Source: Alphaproteobacteria bacterium
Lineage (GTDB): Bacteria > Pseudomonadota > Alphaproteobacteria > Bin95
Direction of reading: 5' to 3'
Assembly: GCA_963665325.3 (NCBI GenBank)
Contig: CAXXWS020000002.1
Location: forward strand, 960,001-1,024,000
Length of the DNA stretch: 64,000 nucleotides
The notes beneath the pieces are model-generated. The model had not been told where the DNA came from and searched no databases. It saw nothing but the letters and a program-made list of their open reading frames with translations. Shown here in pieces: positions 60,334 to 64,000 of the stretch. Position numbers and translations under genes: made by a program. How positions within the stretch are numbered: the stretch's first letter is position 1; each line of letters opens with the position of its first letter.

Positions 60334-63300
60334 ATGACCATGACGGACAAGACGCGTGACGTGCTGCGCGCGACGGGAGCGAGTGTTCTGGAGGCGCTGG
60401 GTCTGGACGGCAAGGCGAACGAACTGTTTTCGTCCGGGGGGTTGACAAGCGCCGCTGAGGGTTCCGACAGTATAATGGTCGCCGGGTCGCCGGGTCGCCG
60501 GGTCGCCGGGTCGCCGGGTCGCCGGGTCGCCGGGTCGCCGGGTCGCCGGGTCGCCGGGTCGCCGGGTCGCCGGGTCGCCGGGTCGCCGGGTCGCCGGGTC
60601 GCCGGGTCGCCGGGTCGCCGGGTCGCCGGGTCGCCGGGTCGCCGGGTCGCCGGGTCGCCGGGTCGCCGGGTCGCCGGGTCGCCGGGTCGCCGGGTCGCCG
60701 GGTCGCCGGATCGCCGGATCGCCGGATCGCCGGATCGCCGGATCGCCGGATCGCCGGATCGCCGGATCGCCGGATCGCCGGCCATGAGTGCGTCCGGCGC
60801 ATGGCTTCGCCGGCTCCGCTCCCGCCCGCCGTCCTCCCCGCCTGAACCTTCCCGTTCCGCGGTCCGGCGGCTGCGTCCCGCCCTTGCCGCCGCGCTGCTC
60901 TCCCTGCCGCTCCTGGCGGGCCTTCCGACCGGGGCGCAGGCCCAGGTCGCGTGCGGTACCGCCAATGCCGACGGCTCGTACCCGGTGCCGGACAACTGGG
61001 CGCTGAAGCCCTCGGGGCTCGGCGTCGGGGCCAAGTTCCGGCTGCTGTTCGTGACCTCCACCCAACGCGACGCCACGGCGACCGACATCGCCACCTACAA
61101 CACGTATGTGCAGACCCGCGCCAAGGCCGGTCACAGCGCGATCGCCGACAGCTGCGGCAACCTCTTCAAGGTCGTCGGTTCGACCTCGGCGGTGGACGCG
61201 CGCGACAACACCGGGACCACCGGCACGGGCGTTCCGATCTACTGGCTGAACGGCGCCAAGGTCGCCGATAACTACGGCGACTTCTACGACGGAACCTGGG
61301 ACAGCTACGGCTTTGCGAACGCGAAGACTGAGAGCGGAGGTGCCGCTGTGTTGGGTAATGCGCATACCGGCAGCAACGCTGACGGCACCAAGCATGGCTT
61401 TTATCTCGGCCACGGCAGCGCGGTTAGACGTGGCACGATTCAAAGTGGTGGTAATCCGTTAACTCAGGCCGTATCCCCCCCTACGAGTGCCCACACGTTC
61501 TACGGCCTCTCCCCGGTATTCTCGGTGGTTGTGGCTCCGCTCGCCGCCAAGCCGTCCACGGTACGCGAGGGGGGTGTCAGTTTTGTCACCGTCACCGGTT
61601 TTCCGTCCAGCTGGGGCGCGCCCCGGATAAGGTCCCTTGCCGGCGCCACGACGTCGCTCAGGTGCGACCATGTGACTGACGGGCTGTCCAACTCTGGTAA
61701 CAACCTCGATGTCTGCGTCGGCCTGGCCGACGGCACCCGCACCCGGGGGCATTGGGACGGCGTCGCGTACAGGCTGACGCTGACCGTGGTGGCCGACGGC
61801 GTGGCCGAGAACGAAAGCCTCACGGTGACGTTCGAGGATTCGACCGACACCAGCAGGACCAGGACGGCCGTCATCGCGCTCGACGACAGGTCGCCCCTGC
61901 CGTTCGTCAGCCTCGAAGCGGTTGTCGGCACCAATCCCGGCAACGTGGTTTCCCCGACCCCGCATACCGTCACGGAGGGGGGTGCGTTCAACCTCCGGGT
62001 GAAGATGGATCCCTGGTTCAGGCTGGCCACTCCGGTCATCGTGAACTACTACCTCGCCGACTACCACGGCGAGCGTGTGGTCCGGGGGCCGAGCCTCACG
62101 GATCCGAAGCGGGATCGGGACCCCAACCCCCGGAGCATCGAGATCGGGGCCGGGCATTCCGCTACGGTCATTCACATACCGACCGTGGCGAGCCCCGACC
62201 TCGATGGCGACAGCAAGGTGGAGGTCATCCTGCTGGGCGGCAGGGACTATGCGACCAGCACGGGCAAGCTGACGCTCACGGTCCAGGACGCGGACCCGGT
62301 CACGAACATAGACGACAACACGCGGGCGCAGATGCTGGCCACGCCCTCGACGCTGACGCTCGGCGCCGATGCGGCTTCGGTGACGGAGGGCGGCGAGGTG
62401 ACCTTCACGGTCACGGCCGCCCCGGCGCCGGGCTACGACCTCCCGGTGCACCTGGGCGCGTCGGAGGAGATGGGCGCGGGCCTGGACTATATCGGGCTCG
62501 AACGGGCCCGCACGGTGACGATCCCGGCGGGCGCGACCTCGGCGGCCTGGACGGTCACGACCTGGTCGGACGACAAGCAGCGCGCCGACGGCACGGTGGT
62601 GGCCCGGATCAAGCCGGGCGACGGCTACACGGCGGGCACGCCGTCGACGGTCACCGTGGCCCTGCTCGACGACGACGCGCCGGCGCTGGACCCGTCGCTG
62701 GTGGCGCAGGTCAGAATACTTGCGGGGCAGACCCATAACGGCGCGGCGCATGTCCTGCGCTGGCGGCGGGTGCTGGTGGCGTTCGGGGTGGAGGCGTATC
62801 CGGGCGTGACGGCGATGACGGCGGCGCAAGCCGAGGCGAATGCCCGTCGCTACAGCAGCCCGCTCTGGCCCCGGATCGCGGAGGCGATCGGGGCGATCGG
62901 GGCGGCGGGGAGCGACCCCGCGCCGCAGCAGGCCGCGACGCAGCAGGCCGCACCGGCGGTGGACCCGGCGCTGGTTGCGCTGGTCAGGAGCTACGCGGCG
63001 GAGACCCATAACGGCGCGGCGCATGTGGAACGCTGGATGCGCGTGCTCGCGGCTTTCGGCGAAGACAACGGCCGTGCGCCGATGACGGCGGCGGAGGCGC
63101 GGACCTATGCCGACCGGGGCTGGACACGCTGGGACCCGGTGGTCGTGGCGATCGCGGCGCTGGAAGCGGCGCCCGAGCCGGAGCCGCAGCCCGTAATCCC
63201 GCCGGCGGTGAGCGTCGCGGCCGGGGAGGCGGTCTCCGAAGGCGGCGGCGCGGTGTTCACGCTCACGGCGGCGCCGGCCCCGGCATCGCCGCTGGCGGTC

Positions 63301-64000
63301 GAGGTGACGGTTGGCGCCGAGGGCGACTTCGGCATTGCCGCCGGCGCGCGGACGGTGACCGTTCCGACGAGCGGCAGCCTCGTGCTGACCCTGGCGACGG
63401 TCGATGACGGTACGGACGAGCCGGACGGCTCGGTGAGCGTGACCCTGAACGGCGGCGACGGCTACACGGTCGGTTCCCCGGCATCGGGCGCCGTCGCCGT
63501 GACGGACGACGACCTGCCGCCGCCGGTGGTCTCGGTGACGGCGAAGGCCGGCTCCATTACCGAGGGGGCGGGCGCGGTGTTCACGGTGACGGCGGACCGG
63601 GCGCCGGATGCGGCGCTTGCGGTGCGGCTCACGGTCTCGGAGGAAGCGGGCAGCGACTTCGTGGCCGCGGGCGACGAGGGCGGTCGCACGGTGACCATCC
63701 CGGCCGGCACGACCGGGGTTGCGCTCACCGTGGCGACGGACGACGACGCGGCGGACGAGCCCGACGGCTCGGTGAGCGCGGCGGTGGATGCCGGCGCGGG
63801 CTACACGGTGGCGGCGTCTCCGGGGGATACGGCCTCGGTCGCGGTGGCCGACAACGACGCGGCGGCCACCGGGGCGTCGCTCTCGGTGGACGACGCGACG
63901 GTGAAGGAAGGCGCGGGGCTGATGTGGTTCACGCTCCGGCTGAGCGCGCCGTCGGAGCGGGCGGTGCGGGTGTCGTACCGGACCCGGGAGTCGAGCCCGG
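60334..64000 (+). CDS. Adhesin 2 (paralog of 42027-46976), running off the window; absent from the ORF track
   Basis: SD GGAGG 60322-26 and ATG 60334, in frame with ATG 60475, the repeat and ATG 60784 (MSASGAWLRR...LAAALLSLPL...AQAQ); same N-domain and Calx-beta repeats. Confidence 0.85.
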   Translation, partial: MTMTDKTRDVLRATGASVLEALGLDGKANELFSSGGLTSAAEGSDSIMVAGSPGRRVAGSPGRRVAGSPGRRVAGSPGRRVAGSPGRRVAGSPGRRVAGSPGRRVAGSPGRRVAGSPGRRVAGSPDRRIAGSPDRRIAGSPDRRIAGSPAMSASGAWLRRLRSRPPSSPPEPSRSAVRRLRPALAAALLSLPLLAGLPTGAQAQVACGTANADGSYPVPDNWALKPSGLGVGAKFRLLFVTSTQRDATATDIATYNTYVQTRAKAGHSAIADSCGNLFKVVGSTSAVDARDNTGTTGTGVPIYWLNGAKVADNYGDFYDGTWDSYGFANAKTESGGAAVLGNAHTGSNADGTKHGFYLGHGSAVRRGTIQSGGNPLTQAVSPPTSAHTFYGLSPVFSVVVAPLAAKPSTVREGGVSFVTVTGFPSSWGAPRIRSLAGATTSLRCDHVTDGLSNSGNNLDVCVGLADGTRTRGHWDGVAYRLTLTVVADGVAENESLTVTFEDSTDTSRTRTAVIALDDRSPLPFVSLEAVVGTNPGNVVSPTPHTVTEGGAFNLRVKMDPWFRLATPVIVNYYLADYHGERVVRGPSLTDPKRDRDPNPRSIEIGAGHSATVIHIPTVASPDLDGDSKVEVILLGGRDYATSTGKLTLTVQDADPVTNIDDNTRAQMLATPSTLTLGADAASVTEGGEVTFTVTAAPAPGYDLPVHLGASEEMGAGLDYIGLERARTVTIPAGATSAAWTVTTWSDDKQRADGTVVARIKPGDGYTAGTPSTVTVALLDDDAPALDPSLVAQVRILAGQTHNGAAHVLRWRRVLVAFGVEAYPGVTAMTAAQAEANARRYSSPLWPRIAEAIGAIGAAGSDPAPQQAATQQAAPAVDPALVALVRSYAAETHNGAAHVERWMRVLAAFGEDNGRAPMTAAEARTYADRGWTRWDPVVVAIAALEAAPEPEPQPVIPPAVSVAAGEAVSEGGGAVFTLTAAPAPASPLAVEVTVGAEGDFGIAAGARTVTVPTSGSLVLTLATVDDGTDEPDGSVSVTLNGGDGYTVGSPASGAVAVTDDDLPPPVVSVTAKAGSITEGAGAVFTVTADRAPDAALAVRLTVSEEAGSDFVAAGDEGGRTVTIPAGTTGVALTVATDDDAADEPDGSVSAAVDAGAGYTVAASPGDTASVAVADNDAAATGASLSVDDATVKEGAGLMWFTLRLSAPSERAVRVSYRTRESSP
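60477..60781 (+). repeat. Compound SSR (GCCGGGTC)28(GCCGGATC)9
   Basis: 28 units at 60481-60704, 9 units at 60705-60776, partial units on both sides. Confidence 0.97.

Noticed and set aside
60442-60476. Perfect TTGACA and TATAAT hexamers just before the second repeat tract
   Set aside because: The spacer is 23 bp, too long for sigma70, and both lie inside the open frame from ATG 60334. Not called, though TSS mapping would settle it.
42027-64000. Diversity-generating retroelement
   Set aside because: No reverse transcriptase, and no TR/VR pair differing only at adenines, in the window

Overview
High-GC bacterial DNA, probably alphaproteobacterial (inferred from gene content). About 1-33.4 kb is mostly catabolic and transport backbone: TRAP DctM, GMC oxidoreductase, Dpp/Opp ABC operon with N-carbamoylase, two tandem FAD oxidoreductases, AKR, maiA, DUF3604, gpt, acyl-CoA dehydrogenase, BHMT, panE, MORN lipoprotein and an Ict/Ich-like pair. 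An IS1634-family element splits an SRAP gene, and there is a decayed catalase. From about 33.4 kb to the end is a nested mobile region: three RHH genes, a candidate oriT and a MOBF relaxase; two paralogous Calx-beta autotransporter-like adhesins; a tandem tyrosine-integrase pair; a 3.36-kb large-serine-recombinase element; and a head-to-tail dimer of an IS66-like element carrying DUF4338. Two observations stand out. (1) Each adhesin has an 8-bp repeat array between an SD+ATG and its signal peptide; one is out of frame (35 units) and one in frame (37 units), suggesting phase variation. (2) The serine-recombinase element is bounded by a duplicated GC core. Excision would repair the target integrase, and circularisation would supply an ATG for the element's DUF5372 gene. 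Family assignments come from motif recognition only; no database searches were run.
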